64,000 nt of DNA. Source: an uncultured delta proteobacterium (GTDB lineage Bacteria; Desulfobacterota; Binatia; UBA9968). The notes under the pieces are model-generated. The model saw only the letters and a program-made list of their open reading frames with translations, searched no databases and was not told the origin of the DNA. The stretch lies in assembly GCA_963755715.1 (NCBI GenBank), contig CAVWLW010000059.1:64001-128000 (forward strand). Reading direction: 5' to 3'. The position numbers and the translations under genes were made by a program. Shown here piece after piece: positions 50,484 to 60,030 of the stretch (position 1 is the first letter of the stretch; each line of letters opens with the position of its first letter).

Positions 50484-51251
50484 CTAGTTTGTCAGCCGGT
50501 CACGCACGCTGCGGCGCGCCCACAGAAGCAGCAGGAGAGACATCCCCAGCGTGTAAGCCAGATCCCAAAATATGATCGCCGAAAACTCGCCGCGGAACGA
50601 TGCGCGCGCCAGGCGCACCGGGTGCAAGAGCGGAAGCGCTTCGGCGACCCAGAGCCAAGCACCGGTCAGCCTTTCCTTCAGCGGGAAAAACACGTCGGAA
50701 AACAAAAACAACGGAGTAAGGAATAGTGTGAAATAAAAGCTGAACATGTCGATATTCGGGATGCGCAGCGAGAAAACCATGCCGATCGCGGCGAAGAGCA
50801 ATCCGGTCATCGGAATCACAAAAATCACCGACAGTGACGATGGCAAAGGCGTGAGCCCGAAAAGCATCAGCACAACGAAGAAACAGCCGCCGTACACACA
50901 GGAGCGCGTCACCGCCCATAAAATTTCGCCGACCAGCACATCGTCCGGCTCGATCGGCGTCGTCAGCATGGCATCGTAGGTCTTTTCAAAAACCAGCCGC
51001 ACGTAAATATTATAAGTCACCTCAAAGCTCGCGCCGTTCATCGCCGCCACGCAGACCAGGCCCGGAGCGATAAATGCAAGATAGCTCGTGCCGCCCATCT
51101 CGGAAATGTACGCACCGACACCTAAGCCGATGGAAAAGAGATAGAAAACCGGCTCGAAGAAGTTGGGCAAGATATTCCACTTCCAGGTTTTCTTGTACAT
51201 GGCGGCATTGCGCCGCCACACCGCCAGCGCGTAGGGCAGAGAAATACTCAC
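50484..51251 (-). CDS. ABC-2 type exporter permease (NodJ-like)
   Basis: VWRRN, EPVFYL, YLAFIAPG, TYDAMLTTP, LPLLHPVRLAR. Confidence 0.88.
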   Translation of the reverse strand: MSISLPYALAVWRRNAAMYKKTWKWNILPNFFEPVFYLFSIGLGVGAYISEMGGTSYLAFIAPGLVCVAAMNGASFEVTYNIYVRLVFEKTYDAMLTTPIEPDDVLVGEILWAVTRSCVYGGCFFVVLMLFGLTPLPSSLSVIFVIPMTGLLFAAIGMVFSLRIPNIDMFSFYFTLFLTPLFLFSDVFFPLKERLTGAWLWVAEALPLLHPVRLARASFRGEFSAIIFWDLAYTLGMSLLLLLWARRSVRDRLTN

Positions 51252-52195
51252 GGGTTGGCCTCCAGGCTGGCTCCGGTGAGAGAGAGAAAGACGTCTTCGA
51301 GATTGGTGGGCCGGACGATGATTGGGCGGCGGTCTCCTTCGTCGTGGCGGCGAATTTGGTCGATTAGATTGGTGGCGTCATCGACGTAAAGCACCAGCCG
51401 CCTGCCGACGCGCAGGCGGCGGCCTGATGCGTAGCCATCGAGCAGCGCCGCTTCTTCGCTCGGCGCACAATCAAACTCCACCGCTTCCGGCGCGAGCCGT
51501 GTCGTAATGAGCTCCGCCGGGGCTCCCGAAGCAATCACTTGGCCCGCCGAAACGATGGCGACTTGATCGCACAGCCGTTGCGCTTCGTCCATATAATGAG
51601 TCGTGATCAAGACGGTAGTGCCCGCTGCGCGCAGTTCTCTGATGCGCGACCACAAAGCCAAACGCACCGCGGGGTCGAGTCCCGTGGTCGGTTCGTCAAG
51701 GATCAAAAGCTCGGGGCCATTGATCAATGAAAGCGCAATGGCCAAACGCCGCTGGAATCCGCCGGAAAGCTGGCGCACAGGAAGGTGGGCATGCGAGCGT
51801 AGCTCAAGAAAGTCGATCAATTCCTCCGCCCGCCGCGAAAGGTCCGGCTCGCGCAGCAAATGATAGCGGCCAAAAACTAAAAGGTTTTCCTTCGTCGACA
51901 ACGATTCGATCAAAACGTTCTGCTGCAAAGTCACGCCGAGCCGCGCACGCACCGCCCGCAGATGTTGACTAATGTCCATGCCGAACACGCGGATCAGGCC
52001 GCTCGTCGCTCGAGTAACGCCGTAGATCATGCGCAGTGTCGTGGTTTTCCCCGCGCCGTTGGGCCCCAGAAGCCCAAAACACACCCGCGCCGGAACCTCG
52101 AGGTCCAGGTGATCCACCGCGGTCCGCTCGCCGAATTTCTTCGAAATCCCGTGCGCTTCGACGATGGGCGGCGCAGATGAAGCTGGCTTGCTCAT
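51248..52195 (-). CDS. ABC exporter ATP-binding protein (NodI-like)
   Basis: GPNGAGKTT, LSGG, LDEPTTGLDP, TTHYMDEA. Confidence 0.92.
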   Translation of the reverse strand: MSKPASSAPPIVEAHGISKKFGERTAVDHLDLEVPARVCFGLLGPNGAGKTTTLRMIYGVTRATSGLIRVFGMDISQHLRAVRARLGVTLQQNVLIESLSTKENLLVFGRYHLLREPDLSRRAEELIDFLELRSHAHLPVRQLSGGFQRRLAIALSLINGPELLILDEPTTGLDPAVRLALWSRIRELRAAGTTVLITTHYMDEAQRLCDQVAIVSAGQVIASGAPAELITTRLAPEAVEFDCAPSEEAALLDGYASGRRLRVGRRLVLYVDDATNLIDQIRRHDEGDRRPIIVRPTNLEDVFLSLTGASLEANP

Positions 52196-52411
52196 TTAAT
52201 CTTTTGAATCCAATCGTTGATAACATCTCGTCTGACGACCATGAAAATTTGACTTATTCCAATCGCAACCGCAAGAATCGCATAGCACATTGGGGGCTCT
52301 CTTACAGAATCAAGTTTTTCTCGATGTGAGAAGCCGTTTGCAGAACCCCCGAAGCCGAAGGGGAACAGAACATCTCGCGCAACAGCGCAAACGCTATCGA
52401 ACGAATCCGTT

Positions 52412-52437
52412 TGTCATTTCGAGCGCAGCGAGAAATC
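52412..52437. repeat. REP-like palindrome (GTCA-tagged)
   Basis: TGTCATTTCGAGCGCAGCGAGAAATC. Confidence 0.5.
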
Positions 52438-52615
52438 CTTCTTCGCGGGATCAGGGTGGGAGCAGCGTTAAGAAGATTTCAAAGGATCGAAGCGCTAACC
52501 AGCGCGGGAAAAGTCGATCTGGCCGCCTTTTCTGCGGCGAGGGCGCACGCCCAATGACGTTGTTCCAAGAATCGAATTAAATAGCGTCCGAGTCGCGCGG
52601 TGAAAGCGCGCTGCG

Positions 52616-53689
52616 CTAATTTGCCGCCACCCACGCGGTGAGAATCGACGGCGTATCGGTCATCAAAGGTTCCCACGAGTCACCGCGGTCGCGGCTTGTA
52701 TAGAACGCGCCTTTGCCTTTGATACGGGCTTCAAAACCGTAACCGCGCGAGCCGTCGCCCATACCGCAGAAAAGCGAGTTCGGATCGGTCGGATGATGCA
52801 CCAGCACCCACGGCATCCAGGGGTTTTCGTTTCCCAATCCTTGCGTCGAGATGCGCCAGTTTTCACCGCCGTCATCACTCAGCAGGATACAGCCATGAGG
52901 ATGAATTTTTTCCCGGCTCCATACTCCCGGCGAGCCTTTGCCGCCGCAGAGCACCATGCGCGGTGTGTCACCGGGCAGGAAGTGCCATTCGTGCGAGTAG
53001 CTGTGCAATTCCGTATAGCCCCACGGCATGCCATTCTCGACCCGGCGCCAATGCTCGCCGGCATTGTCGCTACGGTAAAAACCGCGCGCCGAAGACACAT
53101 AGTATCGCTCTTTACTGCCGGGATAATTTTCAATGTAGTGCATGTCGACGTAATTGATTCCGATGCTGCGGTCGTACCAAGTTTTGCCGCGATCTCTACT
53201 CAACAATACACCACCATGCTCGAGCAGGACAAAGATGAGGTTCTGATCATCTGGATGAATAAAAATATGGCGCACGTGGGGAAATTCGACACCGCGCAAG
53301 CGCGGCGGCACGTCCCATTTCTTTTTTGCTTCGTCCGGAATAGCGAGCATGCCGTCCAAAGGCTCCCAGGTCTTTCCGTTATCTTCGCTGCGGAAAAGTC
53401 GGATCGGACCGATACCCATGTAGACGACGCGTTCATCGTGCGGGTCCACAGTAAATGTGCGCACGTCGCCGTCCATGATCTTGGTCCAGGACTTGCCGGC
53501 ATCTTCGCTGCGATAGCCGCCGTCAAACGCCACCGCTGCGAAAACAACTTCCGGCTTATTTTTACAGCCAATCAGATGTTCGAGGGTTTTGCCCTCGAAG
53601 AATTGACCCACCGTGTTCATGGAACCGGAACGATTTTCCAACACATTCAGCCCGCCGTTGTGAGCGATGTAGTAGCGCAGCGATTCCAT
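52616..53689 (-). CDS. BNR/Asp-box beta-propeller protein (sialidase/Ycf48-like fold)
   Basis: Repeated SxDxGxxW: SEDAGKSW, SEDNGKTW, SRDRGKTW, SDNAGEHW, SDDGGENW, SRDRGDSW; no signal peptide. Confidence 0.85.
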   Translation of the reverse strand: MESLRYYIAHNGGLNVLENRSGSMNTVGQFFEGKTLEHLIGCKNKPEVVFAAVAFDGGYRSEDAGKSWTKIMDGDVRTFTVDPHDERVVYMGIGPIRLFRSEDNGKTWEPLDGMLAIPDEAKKKWDVPPRLRGVEFPHVRHIFIHPDDQNLIFVLLEHGGVLLSRDRGKTWYDRSIGINYVDMHYIENYPGSKERYYVSSARGFYRSDNAGEHWRRVENGMPWGYTELHSYSHEWHFLPGDTPRMVLCGGKGSPGVWSREKIHPHGCILLSDDGGENWRISTQGLGNENPWMPWVLVHHPTDPNSLFCGMGDGSRGYGFEARIKGKGAFYTSRDRGDSWEPLMTDTPSILTAWVAAN

Positions 53690-53708
53690 AACGCCCTCCT
53701 GCTTAAGA

Positions 53709-53791
53709 AAGGATGAAGGTAAAGGCGGAAGGATAATTGAATTCTTCGGCCCTTCTTTTTTTATCCTTTATCCTTTTGCCCTTATCCTTTA
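53709..53791. repeat. Inverted array of 7-nt repeats (AAGGATA / TATCCTT)
   Basis: AAGGATGAAGGTAAAGGCGGAAGGATAA ... TTATCCTTTATCCTTTTGCCCTTATCCTTTA; right arm contains the stop of the Mo-enzyme gene. Confidence 0.75.
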
Positions 53792-56001
53792 CCCCTCAAC
53801 GCCCGATAGACCTTCTCCGACGTCACCGGCAAGTCCGTGATGCGCACGCCGCAAGCGTCGGCCACCGCATTCGCCACCGCCGCCGCGGTCGGCGTGTTCG
53901 CGACTTCGCCGATCGCCAGACTATTGTAGGGGCCGGGACCGTCCGGTACGTTCTCCATGACGTGAGTTTTCAGCGGCGGGATATCCGTGATGTTGGGAAT
54001 TTTGAATTCACCGAAATTCGTCGTCGTGATCCTGGCGCCGTCAAACATCACTTCTTCCGTGAGCGCGTAACCGAGACCGAATACCACGCCGCCTTCGATC
54101 TGTCCTTGATGCATCAGCGGATTGATCACTTTGCCGGTCGTGTGCGCCGAGATCATATTGCGCAAGGTGACCTTGCCGGTCTCCGGGTCGACGTGAACCT
54201 CGGCGATTTGCGCCGAGACCGAGGCGTCGTGAGATTTTTCCGTGCTTTTATAATAGCCGCGCACATAGATCGGCGCGCCTTTGAACTTTATGACATCCGC
54301 GAAGCTCATTTTGCGTTTGGAATTTTTATGCACGATCATCCCCTTGTCGAGGGCCAGTTCCTTGGGATCGACTTCGAGGGATTGCGCCGCGAAGAAAAAA
54401 AGCTCTTCGCGCGCTTTTACTCCGCCTTCGTATGACGCGTTACCGTACACGCGGGTCGCGCGGCTGCCGCCGACGCCGCCGTCGCTCGGCACGATCGTGC
54501 TGTCGACCTGCTTTAATTCAATCTCATCCGCCGGCACATTTAATTCCTCACCGACCACTTGGACGATCACGGTGAGCACGCCTGCGCCCTGGTCGACCAC
54601 CGGTGTGATAACTTTGACCTTGCCGTCGTCTTCGATGGTCACGAACACGTTGCCTTCGCCGCCGCTCGGGCTCCACTCGGAAAATGACAGACCGCGCCCG
54701 ACATTTTTCGGCTTCGCTTTGCCGTAACCGGCAAGTTGGATCGCTTTTTCCAGCGCCTCCTGGCCGCGAATGTGCGAGATATGGCCGCCGATCGGCGTCT
54801 CGTCGCCGTCGCGCAACATGTTTTTCCTTTTGAACTCCGCCGGATCCATGCCGAGCTTGCGCGCGACGATATCGAGCTGGCTTTCGTTGGCAAAGAAGCC
54901 TTGCGGATCGCCCGGCGCGCGCATGTGGCCGCAAGGAATTTTGTTCGTGTACACCATCCGCTCTTCGATCAAACAATTGGCGATCTTGTACGGTCCGGCG
55001 CAAGTCGATGCGCCGATCAGATAACCCGCCGGCTTCATCGACGCGTAAGCGCCGCTGTCGAACATAAAGTCGATATGGTGCGCGACGATCGTGCCGTTCT
55101 TTTTCACGCCGGTTTTAATTTTGATGATCGAGGCGTGGCGCGGGTTGCCGGCGGTCAATTCCTCGGTGTAGTCCATGACCATCTTGACGGCCTGGCCGCT
55201 CTTCTTCGAGAGAAAGTAGGCGACGGGGACATCCATGAACCCACCTTTGCCGCCGAAGTCTCCGCCAATATGCATCGGGTGAAAAATCAGCTTCTCTTTC
55301 GCCACGCCGGTGCAATTCGACAGTTGGCCGCGCACGGCGAACGGCGTCTTGCTGCATGACCACAGCTCCGCGCCGCCGGACGCGTCAGCCTTTACCACGC
55401 AAGCATGCGGTTCGAGATAGGATTGATGCGTCACCTGCGTCGTGAAAGTATTCTCGACGACAACATCGGCCTGTTTGAAGCCCTCCTCGATATTTCCTTT
55501 GCCCCACTTGAGATAAGCGACAACGTTGCTGACGCTTTCGAGGGGCACCGGCAGACCTTTGTAAGAAAGTAAATCGGGGTGCAGCACCGGCGCGTCGGGC
55601 TTTGCCGCCTCTACCGGGTCAAGCAGCGGTTCCAACTCTTCATATTCTACATCGATCAATTCCAGTGCCTGCTCCGCCGCAACCTTCGTCTCCGCCGCGA
55701 CCGCCGCCACCTTTTCGCCGATGAACCGAACCACGCCATCCGCCAGCACCGGCGTATCGTAGATACAGCGCCCGATACGCAATCCGGTCACGTCCTGACC
55801 GGTAATCACCGCTTTTACCCCCGGCACTTGCCAAGCTTTGCTGGTGTCGATGCGTTTGATCCGTCCGTATGGAATCGGACTGCGCAAGCATCTGCCCCAT
55901 AAAGAATCGGGTAACTGCAAATCCGCGCTGTAGAGCGCTTTACCCGTGACCTTAAGGACGCCCTCGACCCTGGGTGTAGGTTTGCCAACCACCTGCGTCA
56001 T
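53782..56001 (-). CDS. Xanthine dehydrogenase-family molybdopterin-binding subunit
   Basis: KVTGKALYSAD, GGDFGGK, HMRAPG, VDQG, GGSR, GQIEGG, AIGE. Confidence 0.92.
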   Translation of the reverse strand: MTQVVGKPTPRVEGVLKVTGKALYSADLQLPDSLWGRCLRSPIPYGRIKRIDTSKAWQVPGVKAVITGQDVTGLRIGRCIYDTPVLADGVVRFIGEKVAAVAAETKVAAEQALELIDVEYEELEPLLDPVEAAKPDAPVLHPDLLSYKGLPVPLESVSNVVAYLKWGKGNIEEGFKQADVVVENTFTTQVTHQSYLEPHACVVKADASGGAELWSCSKTPFAVRGQLSNCTGVAKEKLIFHPMHIGGDFGGKGGFMDVPVAYFLSKKSGQAVKMVMDYTEELTAGNPRHASIIKIKTGVKKNGTIVAHHIDFMFDSGAYASMKPAGYLIGASTCAGPYKIANCLIEERMVYTNKIPCGHMRAPGDPQGFFANESQLDIVARKLGMDPAEFKRKNMLRDGDETPIGGHISHIRGQEALEKAIQLAGYGKAKPKNVGRGLSFSEWSPSGGEGNVFVTIEDDGKVKVITPVVDQGAGVLTVIVQVVGEELNVPADEIELKQVDSTIVPSDGGVGGSRATRVYGNASYEGGVKAREELFFFAAQSLEVDPKELALDKGMIVHKNSKRKMSFADVIKFKGAPIYVRGYYKSTEKSHDASVSAQIAEVHVDPETGKVTLRNMISAHTTGKVINPLMHQGQIEGGVVFGLGYALTEEVMFDGARITTTNFGEFKIPNITDIPPLKTHVMENVPDGPGPYNSLAIGEVANTPTAAAVANAVADACGVRITDLPVTSEKVYRALRGKG

Positions 56002-56216
56002 CTAGTTTCCTCCCAACTGGTAAATCTAATGCGGAAGGCCGCATCGGTTACTCTTTTTTAAACCGGAACACGGCGTATTGTCCAGTGATTTGAGAACGCG
56101 TAATAACCTAGCGTCGCGAAGCTCCAACGAATGGAGAGCTAGCTTTCACGATGAAGATCCCCCTCCTTACTCCTCCTGGCAAGGTGGCTGTGTCGCAATT
56201 AAAAAACTCCCAGGTG

Positions 56217-56300
56217 TGTCATGCTGATGAGCACAGAAGCATCTCGCATTCTCAGTGACTTGCGAAGACGAGATCCTTCGGCCGTTGCCTCAGGATGACA
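56217..56300. repeat. REP-like inverted pair (TGTCAT...ATGACA)
   Basis: TGTCATGCTGA..GAAGCATCTCG ... CGAGATCCTTC..TCAGGATGACA. Confidence 0.7.
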
Positions 56301-56326
56301 TTACAACGGACCTCGAGGTCAAGGAA

Positions 56327-56388
56327 TTGAACGGCTTGAACGATTTGAACTGTTTGAACGTTGAAATTGGACCTTGAACTTTTGAACG
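56327..56388. repeat. TTGAAC tandem arm next to the metE-II stop codon
   Basis: TTGAACGGCTTGAACGATTTGAACTGTTTGAACGTTGAA..TTGAACTTTTGAAC. Confidence 0.75.
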
Positions 56389-56390
56389 AA

Positions 56391-57518
56391 TTAGGTCATG
56401 CCCACACCCGGTGCGGCGACCTTGGTGACCAACTCCAACTTGCGCCTCATATCATCCCAGGAGATCAGATTCCCCGACGCCGCAGAGGCAAAGCCGCACT
56501 GCGTGCTCAAGGCGAGGTTTTCCATCGGCACATATTTCGACGCTTGCTCGATGCGCCGCACGAGCTCATCTTCGGATTCGAGAGTCGGCTCTTTCGTCGT
56601 GATGAGTCCGAGCACCACCGTTTTGCCTTTGGGCACGAATCGCAACGGCTCGAAGCCGCCGGCGCGGTCCGTGTCGAATTCCAGTAGATAACGATCCATC
56701 TTGAGCGAGCCGAAGGCCTTCTCGGCGATCGGCTCGTAACTGCCTTCGGCGCCCCAGGCGCTGCGCTTGTTGCCGCGGCAGAAATGAATACTGAGAACGA
56801 CATCAGGATTTCGTTTGACGCCGTCGATCATTGCGTTGTCGGCGGCAATCGCCGCGTCCAATGCTTGATCCAAATTTATGCCGCTTTGTCTCAGCACTTC
56901 GCGCCGGCGTTCGTCGAAGAAGTTGGAATACGACGGCGCATCCAACTGCACGTACGACGCCCCTTCGTCGATCAGCGCCTGCACTTCCTCGCGCATGATC
57001 GCCGCCACGTCTTGCAGCATGTCGTGCACCGTCGCGTAAAACTTGTCCGTCACACCCGGCCGGTAGCGCATGATCGCATGCTGCATCGCCGCCGGCGTGC
57101 AAACTTTGAACGGCCCCGGCGCATGCTGTTTTAAAAACGGCGCTTCGTTGGGCGTGAAACGCCCTTTCCTGCGCAATTTGCCGCCGACGATATATTGCAG
57201 GTTGCCTTCTTTCGATTCCTCGGCGAGTTGTTTTCCCTTGCCGCGCCATTCGAACTTCACCACCGGTTTTCCGGGCACGAGCCCGTCCAGGGCTTTGGTG
57301 ATATCGGCGGTGAAAATATCGCGGCGATATTCGCCGTCGGTAAAAATTTGCACGCCGGCGGCCTTCTGCATTGCCAGTGCGGTGAGAATCGAGCGGTCTT
57401 CGATCTCGCGTACTTGGATCTCGTCCATGCGCCCTTCGCGCAGCGCCATCCGGGCTTGCAATAGTTCCGCCGGCCGCAACAGACTGCCGATATTATCTGC
57501 ACGAAATCTTGTCTTCAT
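56391..57518 (-). CDS. Cobalamin-independent methionine synthase II (single-barrel MetE-like) protein
   Basis: IGSLLRP, TDGEYRR, Zn ligands HFCRGN, LEFD, QCGFAS; possible indel at the extreme C-terminus. Confidence 0.88.
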   Translation of the reverse strand: MKTRFRADNIGSLLRPAELLQARMALREGRMDEIQVREIEDRSILTALAMQKAAGVQIFTDGEYRRDIFTADITKALDGLVPGKPVVKFEWRGKGKQLAEESKEGNLQYIVGGKLRRKGRFTPNEAPFLKQHAPGPFKVCTPAAMQHAIMRYRPGVTDKFYATVHDMLQDVAAIMREEVQALIDEGASYVQLDAPSYSNFFDERRREVLRQSGINLDQALDAAIAADNAMIDGVKRNPDVVLSIHFCRGNKRSAWGAEGSYEPIAEKAFGSLKMDRYLLEFDTDRAGGFEPLRFVPKGKTVVLGLITTKEPTLESEDELVRRIEQASKYVPMENLALSTQCGFASAASGNLISWDDMRRKLELVTKVAAPGVGMT

Positions 57519-57723
57519 GGATCACCCTCCATTGTGGCTAATTCTACTCACGGCAATTAGCGCCAAACCACAGTTTAGGCAAGGTCAAGCGTGCAGATAA
57601 TTTCGGCGTTGCGGCCGCAGTTTGCCATCGAAAGCCAATCACACCGACATGCCGCCGACAATAGACACGCGGGCGGCGTATTCTTGAAGCGCACGGCTCG
57701 CGGTGGACAAGGCACTGCTTTGG

Positions 57724-58602
57724 TTAGGCTGAATACACGAGAGATAAGCGCTCCAGAATCGCAAAATCTTTTTCTCGCCCCACGGGCATCAGATGGATGC
57801 CATGACAAATCTGCTTCAACCCGCTCACAATCTCCCCGGCGATTTCCGACAGTTTCGACAGGGATCCGCAGGAGCGATTCAACCGTTCAAGCAGGTCCGA
57901 CGGAACCGTGATGCCCGGCACCTTTTCATTGAGAAATTGAGCCATTTTGACCGACCGCAACGGAATGACGCCGGCAATGATATAAACCGGCATGGTTCGC
58001 GCGATCTTCATGAAACCGTCGAAAGCGCCGAGGCTGTAAATCGCCTGGGTTTGAAAAAAGCGCGCGCCGGCTTCGACTTTCTCCTCGAAGCGCCTTAACT
58101 CCGGTTCCAACGGCTCGACGCAGGGATTGACCGTAGCACCGCAGAAGAAGTTTGTGTTCCCTTCCAGCGCGGAGCCGGCTGCGTCCTTACCTGAATTCAG
58201 CTGTGCGATCATCTGCAGCAGCGCCGCCGAGCTGATATCGAAAACCGGCTTTGCCATGGGATGATCGCCAACGTCGACCGGATCGCCGGTCATGGCTAGC
58301 ACGTTGCGAATCCCCAGCACCCAAGCTGTGAGCAAATCCGACTGCAGGGCCATGCGGTTTCGATCGCGGCAGGTCAGCTGCAGGATCGGCTCGAGACCTT
58401 CGCGCGCCAGCACACTCGCCCCGCCCACGGAGCTCAAGCGCATGGTGGCGCGCTGATTATCGGTGACATTGACCGCATGGACCTTTCCCTTGAGCAACGC
58501 GGCGGTGGCCAGGAAAGTTGACAGATCCGTGCCCTTCGGCGGCTCTATTTCTGTGGTGATAACGAATTGTCCGGACTCGAGACGCTCGCGTAGAGAGCTC
58601 AT
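57724..58602 (-). CDS. metF: Methylenetetrahydrofolate reductase
   Basis: EIEPPKG, NVTDN, LTCRDRNR, LAMTGD, KVEAGARFFQTQ, GIHLM. Confidence 0.88.
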   Translation of the reverse strand: MSSLRERLESGQFVITTEIEPPKGTDLSTFLATAALLKGKVHAVNVTDNQRATMRLSSVGGASVLAREGLEPILQLTCRDRNRMALQSDLLTAWVLGIRNVLAMTGDPVDVGDHPMAKPVFDISSAALLQMIAQLNSGKDAAGSALEGNTNFFCGATVNPCVEPLEPELRRFEEKVEAGARFFQTQAIYSLGAFDGFMKIARTMPVYIIAGVIPLRSVKMAQFLNEKVPGITVPSDLLERLNRSCGSLSKLSEIAGEIVSGLKQICHGIHLMPVGREKDFAILERLSLVYSA

Positions 58603-58820
58603 GGCATGTTCCTTTGCTGGCTAAAATGGCTCTTCCCGCTAATCTTAGCTCCATGTGCGAACAATGTAAGTCGACGGTCTTTTTGTCAAATTATACGGGA
58701 GAGCAGCGAGGAGAAAAATTGACTCATGCCGCCGCGGCTAGTCTGGATGTCGTCACAGGTCAATCGTCGTTTCCTGCAACCGGGCGATCCGAGTAAGCGC
58801 TTCGAGAGCAAACGCGCCGG

Positions 58821-59984
58821 TCACGTGCTGCCCCACACTTGCCGCGCGGTCTCCACGACGACTTCCAGCTTTCTTCTCTGATCGTCTGCGCTGATGAGAT
58901 TGCCCACCACGTCCGAGGCAAAACCGCACTGCGGGCTGATCGCCAGCTGTTCCAGTGGAAGATATTTGCTCGCTCTGTCGATACGATGTTTGAGGTCGTC
59001 AACCGTTTCGAGCTCCGGAACTTTAGTGCTGACCAGCCCCAAGACGACGACCTTTCCTTTCGGGACAAAACGCAGCGGCTCGAAAGTACCGGCGCGCGGG
59101 CTGTCGTATTCAAGCAAAAACCGATGGTGTTGAAGGCCACCGAAGAGCGCCTCCGCGATCGCGTCGTAGCTTCCTTCGCGGTGCCACATGCTGCGTTGGT
59201 TGCCGCGGCACAAGTGAATGCCAAACGTGACACCGTCGAAAAGCCGCAAGATCTCATTATCCGCCTTGATCGAACGCATAAGATTTTTCATCGGATCTTC
59301 GCCGCGCTCTTTCATTTCATCCAGCGATGGAGCGTCCACATACGCCGTATAGCTCGGCGCGTCGATTTGAACGTAGCGGCAGCCGGCGTCGATCAAGCTG
59401 CGAATCATCTCGCGCTCGATGCGCACGACGTCGGCGACAAAATCTTCCGTGCTCCAATAAACCGATTTGGAATTTTGATAGTCGAAGCGCTGCGTAATCC
59501 GATCGGGACCAACCAACGTCACCTTCGCCGGCTTTTGCGCCACAGCGCTGACGAAGCGATATTCTTCCAGCGGGAGATTGCGCGTCAGGCGAAGCTTTTG
59601 CGATACCGGTCGGCGTTGCAAAATCGCGGCGCCATCCGCCACGTGATAGGGGTCCCAGCGTTGCAGCGGCTTGCCCTCGCGCGAGAGACTTTCCATGAAG
59701 GAAAGATCGACGTGCCGCGCGGCGAAGCCGCTCACCGAGGCGGCAAAGCTGTCTTGAAAATTCAACCGGCGATATTCGCCGTCCGTGATCACATCGAGCC
59801 CCAAGCTTTCTTGGAGTCGCACCGCATCACGGATCGCATCGTCTTCGATGCGGTGCAGCTCCTCTTCAGAGATTTTCCCTTCGTCGCGCTGCGCGTAGGC
59901 CTGTTTGAGATGCGCCGGACGCAACAAGCTGCCGACCACGTCGGTTCTGATGTTAGATAATGGCGTCGTCGTCGTGTTACTCAT
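58821..59984 (-). CDS. Cobalamin-independent methionine synthase II (single-barrel MetE-like) protein, second paralog
   Basis: VGSLLRP, TDGEYRR, HLCRGN, LEYD, SPQCGFAS. Confidence 0.88.
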   Translation of the reverse strand: MSNTTTTPLSNIRTDVVGSLLRPAHLKQAYAQRDEGKISEEELHRIEDDAIRDAVRLQESLGLDVITDGEYRRLNFQDSFAASVSGFAARHVDLSFMESLSREGKPLQRWDPYHVADGAAILQRRPVSQKLRLTRNLPLEEYRFVSAVAQKPAKVTLVGPDRITQRFDYQNSKSVYWSTEDFVADVVRIEREMIRSLIDAGCRYVQIDAPSYTAYVDAPSLDEMKERGEDPMKNLMRSIKADNEILRLFDGVTFGIHLCRGNQRSMWHREGSYDAIAEALFGGLQHHRFLLEYDSPRAGTFEPLRFVPKGKVVVLGLVSTKVPELETVDDLKHRIDRASKYLPLEQLAISPQCGFASDVVGNLISADDQRRKLEVVVETARQVWGST

Positions 59985-60030
59985 AAAAACCCTCGCATTC
60001 GAATAAAAATATCAGCATTGCTCCCGAGGC

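Noticed and set aside
50484-52195. Nodulation genes nodI/nodJ
   Set aside because: Similarity is at ABC-2 exporter family level only; no nodABC present.
53782-56001. Aerobic CO dehydrogenase large subunit (coxL)
   Set aside because: Lacks the AYxCSFR or AYxGAGR active-site loop and there are no coxM/coxS neighbours.
12362-59960. Long antisense ORFs (e.g. 12362-13456, 20588-21649, 52793-53716, 58839-59960)
   Set aside because: They shadow well-supported genes on the opposite strand, as expected from high-GC codon bias, and show no recognisable motifs.
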